This document shows positions 15,602 to 24,365 of a DNA stretch of 36,229 nt, piece by piece; positions within the stretch are counted from its first letter, which is position 1; every line of letters starts with the position of its first letter. The DNA lies in NCBI GenBank assembly GCA_964361655.1, contig CAYIBD010000002.1, positions 1 through 36,229 on the forward strand. Reading direction: 5' to 3'. A program made the translations under genes and the position numbers. Below the pieces are notes generated by a model. That model searched no databases. It saw only the letters and a program-made list of their open reading frames with translations, and had not been told where the DNA came from. This DNA is from an uncultured Candidatus Saccharibacteria bacterium (GTDB lineage: Bacteria > Patescibacteriota > Minisyncoccia > Sungbacterales > SURF-37).

Positions 15602-15795
15602 TACTTGCGGATAGGTACTGGAGAAACAACAACATAGTGTAGTACGCTTAAAAAAAGTTTTCAACCACCCCCATCCCACTAACAGTTTTTAGAATTGTTA
15701 TCTTTACATCAAATCTTAAAAACAAACCATTTTTATTACCGTAATCGCACTCATCCACACCTTTTTATCCCAACAACAATAACAAGTAGTTATGT
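15602..15795. other. Candidate oriC / DNA-unwinding region (AT-rich dnaA-dnaN spacer)
   Basis: This ~190-nt spacer is strikingly AT-rich in a GC-rich genome (CTTAAAAAAAGTTTTC, AAATCTTAAAAACAAACCATTTTTATTACC). DnaA-box-like sites are TCATCCACA (15751..15759) and TTATCCCAA (15765..15773). Confidence 0.5.
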
Positions 15796-16890
15796 ATGAA
15801 GATTACGTGCGCCACCGAACATTTCAAAACAGCGGTTCTCATCGTTGAACGATTCACTAGTAGGCACGTCACCCTTCCAATTTTGTCGCACATCCTCCTT
15901 ACCGTAAAAGAAAAAAAAATTTCTCTCATTGCCACAAATTTAGAAGTGGGGATTGAGTATCCAATCCTGGGTAAGGTTCAAAAGCTCGGGGCAGTTACCG
16001 TGCCCGCGCGTCTTATTACCCAAGTCCTCCAATCCATTACCGAAGAGGCGCTAACCCTTGAAGCGCACCAGCGGCAACTTATTCTCCATACCCCCACCAG
16101 CGATGCCACCATCCTCGGCTTGGATACTAGCGACTTCCCAACCCTACCCACTATTACTACCGAGTACTCCTTTACCGTACCAGCCGAGGCATTCCTTACC
16201 GCACTCCACCAGGTCCTCCCCGCGGTAGCCACCACTGATCTCAAGCCCCAGCTTGCCGGCGTGTTTATAGCCGCCAGCGGTGACACCGTAACACTTGTTG
16301 CCACCGACTCGTTCCGGCTCGCCGAGAAGACGATACCGTCAAGCGCCGGACCGGAGGCGGCAATGGAATGTGTCGTGCCAAGCCGCACCATGCAAGAACT
16401 TAGCCGAACCATCCCGTCGAGCGGCGAGGTCGTGGTACGCATTGGCGAACACCAGGCACTCTTTGAATGGGATGGCGCCCGTATCCTCTCGCGCCTGGTT
16501 GACAGCGCCTACCCGCCGTATAAGAACCTCATCCCCAAGGCCTTCGAGACGACGGTGGCCATCGAACGCGATGACTTTTTACGGAAAATCCACCTCGCCG
16601 CAGTGTTTTCGAGCCGCCTCAACGATATCACCCTCGCGGTTTCGCCATCGGAGGTAGCCATCAGCGCAACAAACCCCGAGGCCGGGGACACGACTTCGCG
16701 TCTGCCCGCCAAGGGGCGGGGCAGTGCGGGGAGTGTGGTGTTCAACCACCGCTACCTCACCGACGGTCTCGAGGCCGCGGGCGGCGGGGAGGTGGTCCTC
16801 CGGTTGAATGGTGTGGCCGGTCCGGCGCTGATCCAAAATCAAACCGACCCATCATTCCTCTACCTCCTGATGCCGATCCGCGCGGTCTAG
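15796..16890 (+). CDS. dnaN: DNA polymerase III beta sliding clamp
   Basis: 364 aa. The N-terminus MKITCATEHFKTAVLIVERF...LPILSHILL and the C-terminus ...YLLMPIRAV are typical of DnaN, and the gene lies directly after dnaA. Confidence 0.95.
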   Translation: MKITCATEHFKTAVLIVERFTSRHVTLPILSHILLTVKEKKISLIATNLEVGIEYPILGKVQKLGAVTVPARLITQVLQSITEEALTLEAHQRQLILHTPTSDATILGLDTSDFPTLPTITTEYSFTVPAEAFLTALHQVLPAVATTDLKPQLAGVFIAASGDTVTLVATDSFRLAEKTIPSSAGPEAAMECVVPSRTMQELSRTIPSSGEVVVRIGEHQALFEWDGARILSRLVDSAYPPYKNLIPKAFETTVAIERDDFLRKIHLAAVFSSRLNDITLAVSPSEVAISATNPEAGDTTSRLPAKGRGSAGSVVFNHRYLTDGLEAAGGGEVVLRLNGVAGPALIQNQTDPSFLYLLMPIRAV

Positions 16891-16946
16891 CCCGGCGCTA
16901 CCTTAGAGGGTGTAGTACCGGTCTTTGGTGGGCGGAGTGGCTGCTA

Positions 16947-19499
16947 CTACGGCACGGCCACGATGCTCCGCCCGATGTTCCCGACCGCATCGTAGGCCCG
17001 GACTTCGAATGCGCCACTGGCGAGCTGGATTTCGTCGGCCGAGAGCAGAAAGGTTATCGGCATAATCGGTTGGGGGCGCGAAGCAATGATTTCATCTTGC
17101 GATAGGAGCGTTACCTCCTTGAGGGCATAGGGGGCCTCGGCGGTGATCTCGAGTAGCACGCCACCCTGGGATGAGTGGCTTTTTTTCACGGTGAGCCGCG
17201 GGAGTTTCTCGGGCGTGTGGACGTCATCATCGGCAATCGGCGCGGCTTCCCGAGGGGCGGGGCGAAAGCCAGAGAGCGTCCTCCACCGCTGGAAGGCCGT
17301 TTCCCAATTTTCGAATTGCGGGTCCGCTGACGGATTGGCCGGAGGCGGCCCGGCGGGATCATTGCGATCGATCCAGTAAAGGGAGTCGTGGGGCTCTCCA
17401 AAAGCCACGTCTTTCCGGGTCTCCGGTGGCGTGAGGTCTGTGGCACGTTTTTGGGAGATGGTATCAATGGTGATAACCAGGTCGCCCTGCCAAATGCCTT
17501 TCAAGACGGGCTTGGCCGCTTCCGGCGGGAGCGGCGGCGCCGGGAGTTCCTCGAGCGGCAGGCGTTGGAAGGCGAACTCCATGAAGGCGTGCCAGGCCGG
17601 AGCCGCCGCCATGACACCCGACCCCTTTTGTTGCACGGGCGTGTTGTCGTTGTTTCCCGCCCAGACCCCGACGACAATCGATGGGGTGTAGCCAATGGTC
17701 CAGGCGTCACGGTAGTTCTGGGTGGTTCCGGTTTTGGCTGCGACGCGCCGGCCCTCAAAGTAGAGGGACGAGCGGGGCTGGAAAACGGGAACGCGCGCGT
17801 CGTTGTCCGAAAGGATGTCGTTGATGAGGCGCGCGATATCACCGTCAAGGACGGGGCGGGGAGCGTCACGCCGCTCCTCGAGAATCCGACCGTCAGCTGC
17901 GCTAATGGAGTGGATACCGGTAGGCGGGCTCAAGACACCATCGTTGGCAAAGGCGCCGTAGGCGCTCACCATCTCGAGGAGCCGCACCTCCGCACCCCCC
18001 AGGACGAGCGAGAGGCCGTAGCGGCTGCGGTCGGTGAGCGATGTGATGCCGAGCTCCTCTGCGGTACGGATTGAATCCTCTACACCAGCGAGGTAGAGGA
18101 GCTTCACCGAGGGGACGTTCAACGATTGTGCCAGGGCCTGGCGGACGGTAACCGGACCCCGGAAGCGTTCATCGTAGTTCTGGGGGTGGTAGCAGTCCGC
18201 CTGGCGCGCCCCGCTCGCCGGTCGCGGGGCGCCCTCGGCGGTACAGCGGGGGTTGAATTCCGTTGGCACATCGAAGAGGACCGTTTCGGGCGTGATGCCC
18301 TTACGGAAGGCCGTGGCATAGACGAATGGTTTGAACGCTGAACCGGGCTGGCGGAGGGCCGTGGCAACATTGAAGTTGCCGTCGCGCTCCACATCGAAGT
18401 AGTCCCGCGAGCCGACCATGGCGAGAATCTCTCCGGTCTTGGGGTTGACGGCCGTGAGCGCCATGTTGGTTGCCTTGATGAGCTTCTCGTTCCGTTCGGC
18501 GAACTCGCGGACGATTCGCTCTGCGGCCTCTTGGAGGGTCCAATCGAGGGTGGTGGTAACCACCAGGCCACCCTCTTGAACCTCTTCTTCTCCATAGCGT
18601 TCGCGGAGGTAGTCGCGGATGAACATGACGAAGTGCGGGGCGCGGATGTTCTTGGTCGCCGGCAGGAATTTCAAGGCCTCGCCCGTGGCCCGTCGGACGT
18701 CGTCCGAGGAGAGGTACCCGAGCTCCCCCATTCGAGCCAGGATATGGTCTTTGCGCCGGAGGAGCTCGTCCTTATGCTGGCCGTAGGGGGAGAAATAGGA
18801 AGGTGCGGCGGGAAGGGCCGCCAGGAGCGCTGATTCGGCCGTGGTGAGCTCGCGGGCGCGCTTCCCAAAAAATGTCTCGGCCGCGGCCTCGATGCCGTAG
18901 GCGTTTTGCCCGTAGGGGATTTGGTTCAGGTAGAGGTCGAGGATGCGCTCTTTCTCGAGCTTGGCTTCGAGCACGATCGCGAGGAGGGCTTCACGGAGTT
19001 TCCGACGGAAGGTCCGCTCGTGGCCGAGGAGCGAATTTTTCACGAGCTGCTGCGTGATCGTGGATCCGCCCTGGCGAAGGTCGCGGGCCGCAATGTCCTT
19101 GAGGAGCGCCCGCACTATCCCCCGAAGGTCAATACCGGGGTGCTGGTAGAAGTTCGCATCCTCAATGGCGATCGTTGCATTCTTTACCGCGTCAGGAATT
19201 TCCGTAAAGGGGATGACGGTGCGCCGTTCCTCGCCGTGGATTTCATAGAGGAGGACGGCGCCGCTGCGGTCGTAGATTTTCGTTGACTGCACGATGCGCC
19301 GCGAAAAGAGCTCCTCGGGCGCGGGGAGGGTGCGGAGAACGAGTAGCGTTGCTGCGCCAGCGGCGGCTACGCCGAGGGCGAGTGCTACAACGAGGAGCCG
19401 GATCAACCAGCGCCGCGCCCCTGAAGCTCCGCGTTGACGGTTGCGAAGGCGTCGCATTGCGTACGGCAGTATAGCACGGGTCTCGCGGAGTTGGAACAC
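16947..19499 (-). CDS. Class A penicillin-binding protein (glycosyltransferase GT51 + transpeptidase) with a C-terminal extension
   Basis: GT51 motifs are EDANFYQHPGID and GGSTITQQLVKN. Transpeptidase motifs are SAFKP (SxxK), SLN (SxN) and KTGT. There is one N-terminal TM helix and a ~200-aa C-terminal extra domain. An alternative start is the ATG at 19457 (MRRLRNRQ). Confidence 0.9.
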   Translation of the reverse strand: MFQLRETRAILPYAMRRLRNRQRGASGARRWLIRLLVVALALGVAAAGAATLLVLRTLPAPEELFSRRIVQSTKIYDRSGAVLLYEIHGEERRTVIPFTEIPDAVKNATIAIEDANFYQHPGIDLRGIVRALLKDIAARDLRQGGSTITQQLVKNSLLGHERTFRRKLREALLAIVLEAKLEKERILDLYLNQIPYGQNAYGIEAAAETFFGKRARELTTAESALLAALPAAPSYFSPYGQHKDELLRRKDHILARMGELGYLSSDDVRRATGEALKFLPATKNIRAPHFVMFIRDYLRERYGEEEVQEGGLVVTTTLDWTLQEAAERIVREFAERNEKLIKATNMALTAVNPKTGEILAMVGSRDYFDVERDGNFNVATALRQPGSAFKPFVYATAFRKGITPETVLFDVPTEFNPRCTAEGAPRPASGARQADCYHPQNYDERFRGPVTVRQALAQSLNVPSVKLLYLAGVEDSIRTAEELGITSLTDRSRYGLSLVLGGAEVRLLEMVSAYGAFANDGVLSPPTGIHSISAADGRILEERRDAPRPVLDGDIARLINDILSDNDARVPVFQPRSSLYFEGRRVAAKTGTTQNYRDAWTIGYTPSIVVGVWAGNNDNTPVQQKGSGVMAAAPAWHAFMEFAFQRLPLEELPAPPLPPEAAKPVLKGIWQGDLVITIDTISQKRATDLTPPETRKDVAFGEPHDSLYWIDRNDPAGPPPANPSADPQFENWETAFQRWRTLSGFRPAPREAAPIADDDVHTPEKLPRLTVKKSHSSQGGVLLEITAEAPYALKEVTLLSQDEIIASRPQPIMPITFLLSADEIQLASGAFEVRAYDAVGNIGRSIVAVP

Positions 19500-19527
19500 G
19501 ACTGGCTTTGTGGTATCGTCTCACCGT

Positions 19528-20724
19528 ATGCCGCCGCGCCGCCATGATTTTTTCACGTTTCTCGCCTCACGGAGTGCTGAGGTCATCGACCCATCGAGTT
19601 TGAAGCGGAAGCTTGTAACACGGCGAAAGCTCCGCGTCAAGCTCGGTATTGATCCGACGGCGCCGGATTTACACCTCGGTCATCTGGTTCCCCTCCGCAT
19701 GCTCCGCGCCTTTCAGGATGCCGGGCATCAGGCGGTGCTCATCATCGGCGATTTTACGGGCCAAATCGGTGATCCGTCGGAGCAAAGCTCCGCACGCCGT
19801 CAGCTGAGTGCCGCGGCGGTTAAGGCCAACGAGCGGACGTACTTGGGTCAGGCCGGCCGGATTTTGAATCTCAAGCGGACCGAGGTGCGCCACAACAGCC
19901 AGTGGTTCGGGCGGATGCGCCTGTCGGAGTTCCTCGGTCTCCTGGCGCGGTTCTCTCTCAAGAGCGCTTCGGAGCGAGCCGACTTCCAGAAGCGAATCCG
20001 TACCGGACGGGACGTACGCCTCCACGAAGCAACCTACCACGTCCTCCAGGCCTACGATTCGGTTGCTGTTCGGGCTGATGTGGAGATCGGATCGCTCGAT
20101 CAAAAGCTGAATATTCTTGCTGGGCGAGAGCTGCAGGCCAAGCTCGGCCAGGCGCCGCAAAGTGTTGTCCTGGTGCCCTACCTCATTGGGCTTGACGGGA
20201 AGGCAAAAATGGCAAAGTCCGTGGGTAATACCATCAACCTCCGCGACTCGGCCAAAGACATGTTCGGCAAGGTGATGTCAATCCCCGACGCACTCATTAT
20301 CAACTACGCTGAACTCGCGGCGTGGCTCCCATCCGGAGAGGTCCGCGGCATCACCCGCCGCCTTGAGCGCGGCGAGAACCCCCGCGATCTCAAGCTCGAA
20401 GTCGCGACCGCAGTCACGGCACTCTACCATGGGCACAAAGCCGCGCGACGGGTAGGAGATGAATTTTTACGGACGTTCGGGCGGAGCGCGTTTCCGGCTC
20501 GAGCGCCGCTCCGCCGGGTGGCCTCTGGGCTCCGGCCGGTTGATTTTGTCATGGCGCTCAAGGGAACCTCTTCTCACGGCGAGGCCCGCCGCCTGATCGC
20601 CGGGGGTGCGGTCGAGGTTGATGGCCGTAGGCTCACCCTCCGCGAGCCAGGCGTCACCCTCCGGCCGGGCAGTCGGGTTCGCGTCGGTAAAAAGCAGTTC
20701 TATCGGATTCGCCAGGAAAGATAA
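19528..20724 (+). CDS. tyrS: Tyrosine--tRNA ligase
   Basis: The HIGH motif is present as HLGH and KMSKS as KMAKS. There is a C-terminal S4-like domain (ARRLIAGGAVEVDGRR). I trimmed the start to the ATG at 19528 (MPPRRHDFF...), because the listed 19441 start would overlap the divergent PBP gene. Confidence 0.92.
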   Translation: MPPRRHDFFTFLASRSAEVIDPSSLKRKLVTRRKLRVKLGIDPTAPDLHLGHLVPLRMLRAFQDAGHQAVLIIGDFTGQIGDPSEQSSARRQLSAAAVKANERTYLGQAGRILNLKRTEVRHNSQWFGRMRLSEFLGLLARFSLKSASERADFQKRIRTGRDVRLHEATYHVLQAYDSVAVRADVEIGSLDQKLNILAGRELQAKLGQAPQSVVLVPYLIGLDGKAKMAKSVGNTINLRDSAKDMFGKVMSIPDALIINYAELAAWLPSGEVRGITRRLERGENPRDLKLEVATAVTALYHGHKAARRVGDEFLRTFGRSAFPARAPLRRVASGLRPVDFVMALKGTSSHGEARRLIAGGAVEVDGRRLTLREPGVTLRPGSRVRVGKKQFYRIRQER

Positions 20725-20760
20725 CAAAAACCCCGGCGTTTAAACGCCGGGGTTTTTGTT
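20723..20760. terminator. Bidirectional intrinsic terminator (perfect 38-nt palindrome)
   Basis: AACAAAAACCCCGGCGTTTAAACGCCGGGGTTTTTGTT is its own reverse complement. It has a GC-rich stem with an A-tract on one side and a T-tract on the other. It overlaps the stop codons of tyrS (20722..20724) and of the minus-strand ORF (20759..20761). Confidence 0.85.
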
Positions 20761-20911
20761 ATACTTCATCGGGTTCGCCCATCTCGAGGTCTTCGTCGTC
20801 CGTTTCGCTCGAGAGCTCCTCGCTCTCCTCGCTTTCGCTGGTTTCCTCGTCGTCCTGCGCGCGCGGCACGGACATACTTCCGAACTGTATCATGGCCGGA
20901 TGAAAGAACAT
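20759..20911 (-). CDS. Possible small, highly acidic protein (about 50 aa)
   Basis: MFFHPAMIQFGSMSVPRAQDDEETSESEESEELSSETDDEDLEMGEPDEV. It lies downstream of ruvC in the same orientation and before the terminator. Third codon positions are GC-rich in this frame. No clear SD is visible and the start is uncertain (internal ATGs at 20893 and 20875). Confidence 0.3.
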   Translation of the reverse strand: MFFHPAMIQFGSMSVPRAQDDEETSESEESEELSSETDDEDLEMGEPDEV

Positions 20912-20921
20912 TACCAGATAG

Positions 20922-21431
20922 TCATCGACCTTTGTTCCGAGCATGTGAGCCGGCCCCCGGCTGGCCGTGGACGTAGGCGGCCGTGAGCGCAAGCGCAATA
21001 GCGTCAACCGCATCATCACCGTACGGAATTGCCGTATCGCGGAGGATGGTATGGATCATCCGTCGCATCTGCGATTTATCCGCCCGACCGTAGCCGGTGA
21101 CCGCCAGCTTCACTTCCAGCGGCGCATACTCCCCGATGCTACGGACGAGACGGTGAGCTGTCAAGAGGATGACACCCCGGGCTTCGGCCACCGCCATGGC
21201 GGTTTTAACGTTCTTCCCAAAGAAGAGCCGTTCGAGCGCAAGCATATCCGGCCGATCGCGGCGCAGGCGGCCGCGGAGGAGGCGGGAGAGCTCGGTGAGG
21301 CGCGCGGCCGTCCCGAGGCCGGAAGACGTGACAATGGTTTCCGCCCGCCGGAGCCGGGGTGTCCGGTGGCTGACCTCGATCAGGGCATAGCCAATCCGGT
21401 GGGTGCCGGGATCGATGCCAGCGATTCTCAT
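20922..21431 (-). CDS. ruvC: Holliday junction resolvase RuvC
   Basis: MRIAGIDPGTHRIGYALIE... carries the catalytic Asp at the start, and DAVDAIALAL lies near the C-terminus. I set the start at the ATG at 21431, which overlaps the yebC TGA as ATGA. Confidence 0.9.
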   Translation of the reverse strand: MRIAGIDPGTHRIGYALIEVSHRTPRLRRAETIVTSSGLGTAARLTELSRLLRGRLRRDRPDMLALERLFFGKNVKTAMAVAEARGVILLTAHRLVRSIGEYAPLEVKLAVTGYGRADKSQMRRMIHTILRDTAIPYGDDAVDAIALALTAAYVHGQPGAGSHARNKGR

Positions 21432-22156
21432 ACCCGTTCTTCGGCGAGGTTTGTCCACACGTCAATGACGTCTGGGTGTTCTCCGAGCGCTGCGGTGAGC
21501 GAGTCAGCATCTTGGCGCTCAGCGAGGCCGAGGGCAATGGGGTTTTTAGGGATGAGGACGAGCGATGAGGCGAGGGGTGTCAAGCCGCGGCCGTTCGCTG
21601 ATTGCAGGAAGGCATCTTGGCGCTCCGGTATGACGAGCGCTCGGATGCGATCCTCGAGGAGCCCGGTGTCTTCAGCGCCGGCGTCGATGAGCGCGAGTTC
21701 AGCGTCTTCAGGATCAGCGGCGGGGCGGACGAAGTCAACGGCGATGCGCCGTTCAAACATCCATCCCACACTCCCGGCCTCGGCCATACGGCCGCCACCG
21801 TCGGCGAGGATGCGTTTCAGTTCGCCCGTCGTTCGGTTGGGATTGTCGGAGAGGGCTGACATCAGGATGGCAATGCCGCCGGGGCCATAGGCCTCGTACT
21901 CGAGCGGGCGGAGGTTTTCGCCCTCAGCGCCGCCTCCGCCGCGCGCAATCGCCCGTTCGATGTTTTCTTTGGGCAGGCCGGCATCGCGGGCCTGCTCAAT
22001 TGCGCTCCTGAGCTTGGGGTTCGCCCGCGGGTCCGCCCCGCCCTCGCGGCTCGCCACCGCAATTACCCGTGCGAGTTTTGAGAAAAGAGCCCCGCGCTTC
22101 GCGTCTGATCCGGCTTTCTTGTGGCGGATTTGTGCCCAGCGGGAGTGGCCGGCCAT
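21428..22156 (-). CDS. yebC: YebC/PmpR-family DNA-binding transcriptional regulator
   Basis: MAGHSRWAQIRHKKAGSDAKRGALFSKLAR...NPKLRSAIEQAR is the canonical YebC N-terminus. The yebC-ruvC linkage is common. Confidence 0.93.
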   Translation of the reverse strand: MAGHSRWAQIRHKKAGSDAKRGALFSKLARVIAVASREGGADPRANPKLRSAIEQARDAGLPKENIERAIARGGGGAEGENLRPLEYEAYGPGGIAILMSALSDNPNRTTGELKRILADGGGRMAEAGSVGWMFERRIAVDFVRPAADPEDAELALIDAGAEDTGLLEDRIRALVIPERQDAFLQSANGRGLTPLASSLVLIPKNPIALGLAERQDADSLTAALGEHPDVIDVWTNLAEERV

Positions 22157-22165
22157 AGTGACTGG

Positions 22166-22678
22166 CTAGAGGTTCTTGCCGCCGGCGCGGCGGGAGTATT
22201 GGAGGATGAGCTCCTTGGCCTCATAGCAGTCGGGAACCTCAACGATGGTGAAGTCGCTCTCGCCGGCGGTTTGAATTTTCAAGTTTCCGAAATGCAGCAC
22301 CGTGGCGATGAACCCCGGGATTTCAATGGAGATATTCTGGATGCGTTCGAGGGGGATCTCGGAGATGTCGCGGCGGAAGAGACCGTGCTGGTCAATGTCG
22401 ATCAGGCGTTGGTCGGTGATAATCCAGGTGTCGAGGTAGTAGATGGACCAGGTGAGAAGCATGGCCGTGAGCACCGCCATGAGGTAGAGGGCCAGGAGGA
22501 AGAAGGCGACGGCGTGCACCTCCTCCGTGATGGCGAAGGGGAGGTAGTACGGCGTTACGAGGAGGGCCAGCGGCGGCCCGACGAAGAGGAGCGCGAAGAT
22601 CACGAGCGCCCCGAGGAATGAAAACCAGTGGCGGCGGATGACGAGGAGGACGCGTTCGTTCGTACCGAGCTGGATCAT
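22166..22678 (-). CDS. Membrane protein with a bacterial PH (bPH_2, YdbS/YdbT-like) domain
   Basis: Two N-terminal TM helices are followed by ITDQRLIDIDQHGLFRRDISEIPLERIQNISIE..GNLKIQTAG, which is the typical bPH_2 pattern. Confidence 0.65.
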   Translation of the reverse strand: MIQLGTNERVLLVIRRHWFSFLGALVIFALLFVGPPLALLVTPYYLPFAITEEVHAVAFFLLALYLMAVLTAMLLTWSIYYLDTWIITDQRLIDIDQHGLFRRDISEIPLERIQNISIEIPGFIATVLHFGNLKIQTAGESDFTIVEVPDCYEAKELILQYSRRAGGKNL

Positions 22679-22896
22679 GTACTGATGCGAAACGTTTCAG
22701 GAACGCGGAGGAGCCAGTAGATCGCCATACCGAGGAGGATTACCGAGAGCGTGAGGTAGGTGGCCACGACGGTCCTGGCCACGGTCCATCCCGGCAGGGT
22801 GTATTTGCGGAGGTGGTAGATGATGGCAGCGACAATGAACGCCTCGACCGCGAGGCCGATGACGAGGAGGGAGATAAGAGCGGTGAAAGGCGTCAT
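22675..22896 (-). CDS. Small two-TM membrane protein
   Basis: 73 aa with two hydrophobic helices. ATGA overlap with the downstream PH-domain gene at 22675..22678. Confidence 0.5.
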   Translation of the reverse strand: MTPFTALISLLVIGLAVEAFIVAAIIYHLRKYTLPGWTVARTVVATYLTLSVILLGMAIYWLLRVPETFRIST

Positions 22897-22908
22897 GACG
22901 CTGGGATA

Positions 22909-23934
22909 TTACGTGAGGAGCCGCGGCTGCTCGGGGAACTCCAGGCCGAGGTGTTGCCAGGCCAGGCGCGTTGCCACCCGTCCCCGAGCGGTGCGTTCGA
23001 TCAGGCCGAGCTGCATGAGGAAGGGTTCGTAGACCTCCTCAATGGTATCTTCCTCTTCGGCGGTGGCCGCGGCAATGGCGGTAAGGCCGACCGGCCCGCC
23101 TTGGAACTTTTGAATGATGGTCTCGAGGATGCGTCGGTCAGTCGGCTCGAGGCCGAGGTGGTCAACCTCGAGCCGCGCCAGGGCGGCGTGGGCCGCGGCG
23201 GCCGTGACGCGGCCGCTGCCGTGGACGTCGGCGTAGTCGCGCACACGCTTTAAGAGGCGGTTTGCAATCCGGGGGGTGGAGCGCGACGAGGCGGCGATCG
23301 CGGTGATGGCTTCGGGGTCGGCGTGAACGTTGAGGATCCGGCAGGAGCGCTCCAGGATGCGTTCAATATCCCGCGGAGCGTAGAAGTCGAGCCGAAAGGT
23401 GACGCCGAAGCGCGAGCGGAGGGGCCCGGAGAGCATGCCAATCCGCGTCGTCGCCGCAATGATGGTGAAGGGCGGGAGTTCGAGCTGGATGGTTCGTGCC
23501 GAGGGGCCTTTCCCGATGATGATGTCAAGCGTCCTCGATTCCATCGCCGGGTAGAGAACCTCTTCGATGAGCTTATTCATGCGGTGGGCCTCGTCAATGA
23601 AGAGGATATCGCCCGGCATGAGGTTGGTCAGGATGGAGGCCAGATCGCCGACCCGTTCGATAGCCGGTCCGGAGGTCACGCGGATCGAAGTGCTCACCTC
23701 GCGGGCGATCAGGTGCGCGAGGGAAGTTTTCCCGAGTCCCGGCGGACCGTAGATGAGAACGTGCTCGATCGCTTCGTTTCGTTTCTTGGCCGCCGTGATG
23801 AGGATTTTCAAGTTATCTTTCACGGATTCTTGCCCAATGAAATCGTCCCACCGCTGGGGTCGGAGGGTTTGATCCAGGACAACGTCGTCAGGTTTTTGTT
23901 TTGGCTCGGCCGGCATCAGTGAGCGGCGCCACAC
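22909..23934 (-). CDS. ruvB: Holliday junction branch migration ATPase RuvB
   Basis: [12 protein letters not shown] and Walker [10 protein letters not shown] are present, together with LFIDEAHR, the sensor region and the winged-helix C-terminus. An alternative start is 23916. Confidence 0.95.
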   Translation of the reverse strand: MWRRSLMPAEPKQKPDDVVLDQTLRPQRWDDFIGQESVKDNLKILITAAKKRNEAIEHVLIYGPPGLGKTSLAHLIAREVSTSIRVTSGPAIERVGDLASILTNLMPGDILFIDEAHRMNKLIEEVLYPAMESRTLDIIIGKGPSARTIQLELPPFTIIAATTRIGMLSGPLRSRFGVTFRLDFYAPRDIERILERSCRILNVHADPEAITAIAASSRSTPRIANRLLKRVRDYADVHGSGRVTAAAAHAALARLEVDHLGLEPTDRRILETIIQKFQGGPVGLTAIAAATAEEEDTIEEVYEPFLMQLGLIERTARGRVATRLAWQHLGLEFPEQPRLLT

Positions 23935-23941
23935 CCGCCCA

Positions 23942-23970
23942 TTGACAGGTGGGCATGGTTTTGATATAAT
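23942..23970 (+). promoter_or_regulatory. Consensus sigma70-type promoter pointing into a gene-free region
   Basis: TTGACA (23942..23947), an exact 17-nt spacer, then TATAAT (23965..23970). This is a perfect match to both hexamers with optimal spacing. No credible plus-strand CDS follows before 27379. Confidence 0.6.
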
Positions 23971-23976
23971 TCTTGG

Positions 23977-24297
23977 CAGGAGCGTGAGGAGGGCGGGTAG
24001 CCCTTTTTCGTATTCTCGCCGTCGCCTCCTCGGGCTGTGGGCAATTCAGGTTGGCGGGCTCGCCTTCCTGAATGGGGGTTTTTATATGTTCGGCGTCCCG
24101 GTTCCCGCCTTGTCGCGGATCGGACTCGGACGCTCGGCTTCAAAACCCTGACCTCCGCGTTCCCAAACCGGAGTATTGCCCACAGCCCGAGGTGGTGATC
24201 GCTCGACCCCCGGCATTTTTCTCCACGCCTCTATTCTTGAGAAAATCGCTTCGCGATCGTGCACGGGCGGCTCTTTTTCATCACAGGCCCGTGTTTT
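23977..24297 (+). ncRNA. Candidate structured non-coding RNA of unknown class (rod-like core at about 24014..24206)
   Basis: It lies downstream of the consensus promoter. An 18-nt perfect inverted repeat, CCTCGGGCTGTGGGCAAT (24028..24045) and ATTGCCCACAGCCCGAGG (24175..24192), encloses 129 nt. The helix extends outward by about 9 more pairs, including two G-T pairs (24024/24196 and 24021/24199) that would be C-A mismatches on the minus strand. It also extends inward (GGTTGG 24049..24054 with CCAAACC 24063..24069... i.e. 24163..24169). I saw no RNase P, SRP or tmRNA signature sequences. Confidence 0.4.
24262..24297 (+). terminator. Possible intrinsic terminator of the candidate ncRNA
   Basis: CACGGGC (24262..24268) pairs with GCCCGTG (24287..24293) and is followed by TTTTAAATTT. 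The 18-nt loop is large, so support is only moderate. Confidence 0.3.
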
Positions 24298-24365
24298 AAA
24301 TTTCGATCATTGGGGTCTATTTAGGGTTTAGAAATTAGGATTTAGGGCTTCACCACGCCGGAAGT

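Noticed and set aside
20967-21890. 307-aa plus-strand ORF antisense to ruvC and yebC
   Set aside because: The same reasoning applies. ruvC and yebC have canonical sequences on the opposite strand, and this product is Ser/Arg/Ala-rich with low complexity.
23942-24299. Small plus-strand ORFs (69 aa at 23942..24151 and 75 aa at 24072..24299) as protein products of the consensus promoter
   Set aside because: The first would start inside the -35 hexamer. Neither has an SD. Both are Arg/Pro/Gly-rich and run through the long inverted repeat. An RNA product is more plausible.
24321-24348. Telomere-like TTAGGG/TTAGGA repeats (TTAGGGTTTAGAAATTAGGATTTAGGG) just downstream of the PilB-like gene
   Set aside because: There are only three imperfect copies, in an AT-richer 3' flank, with no array structure. 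This is most likely chance or part of the terminator/UTR region.
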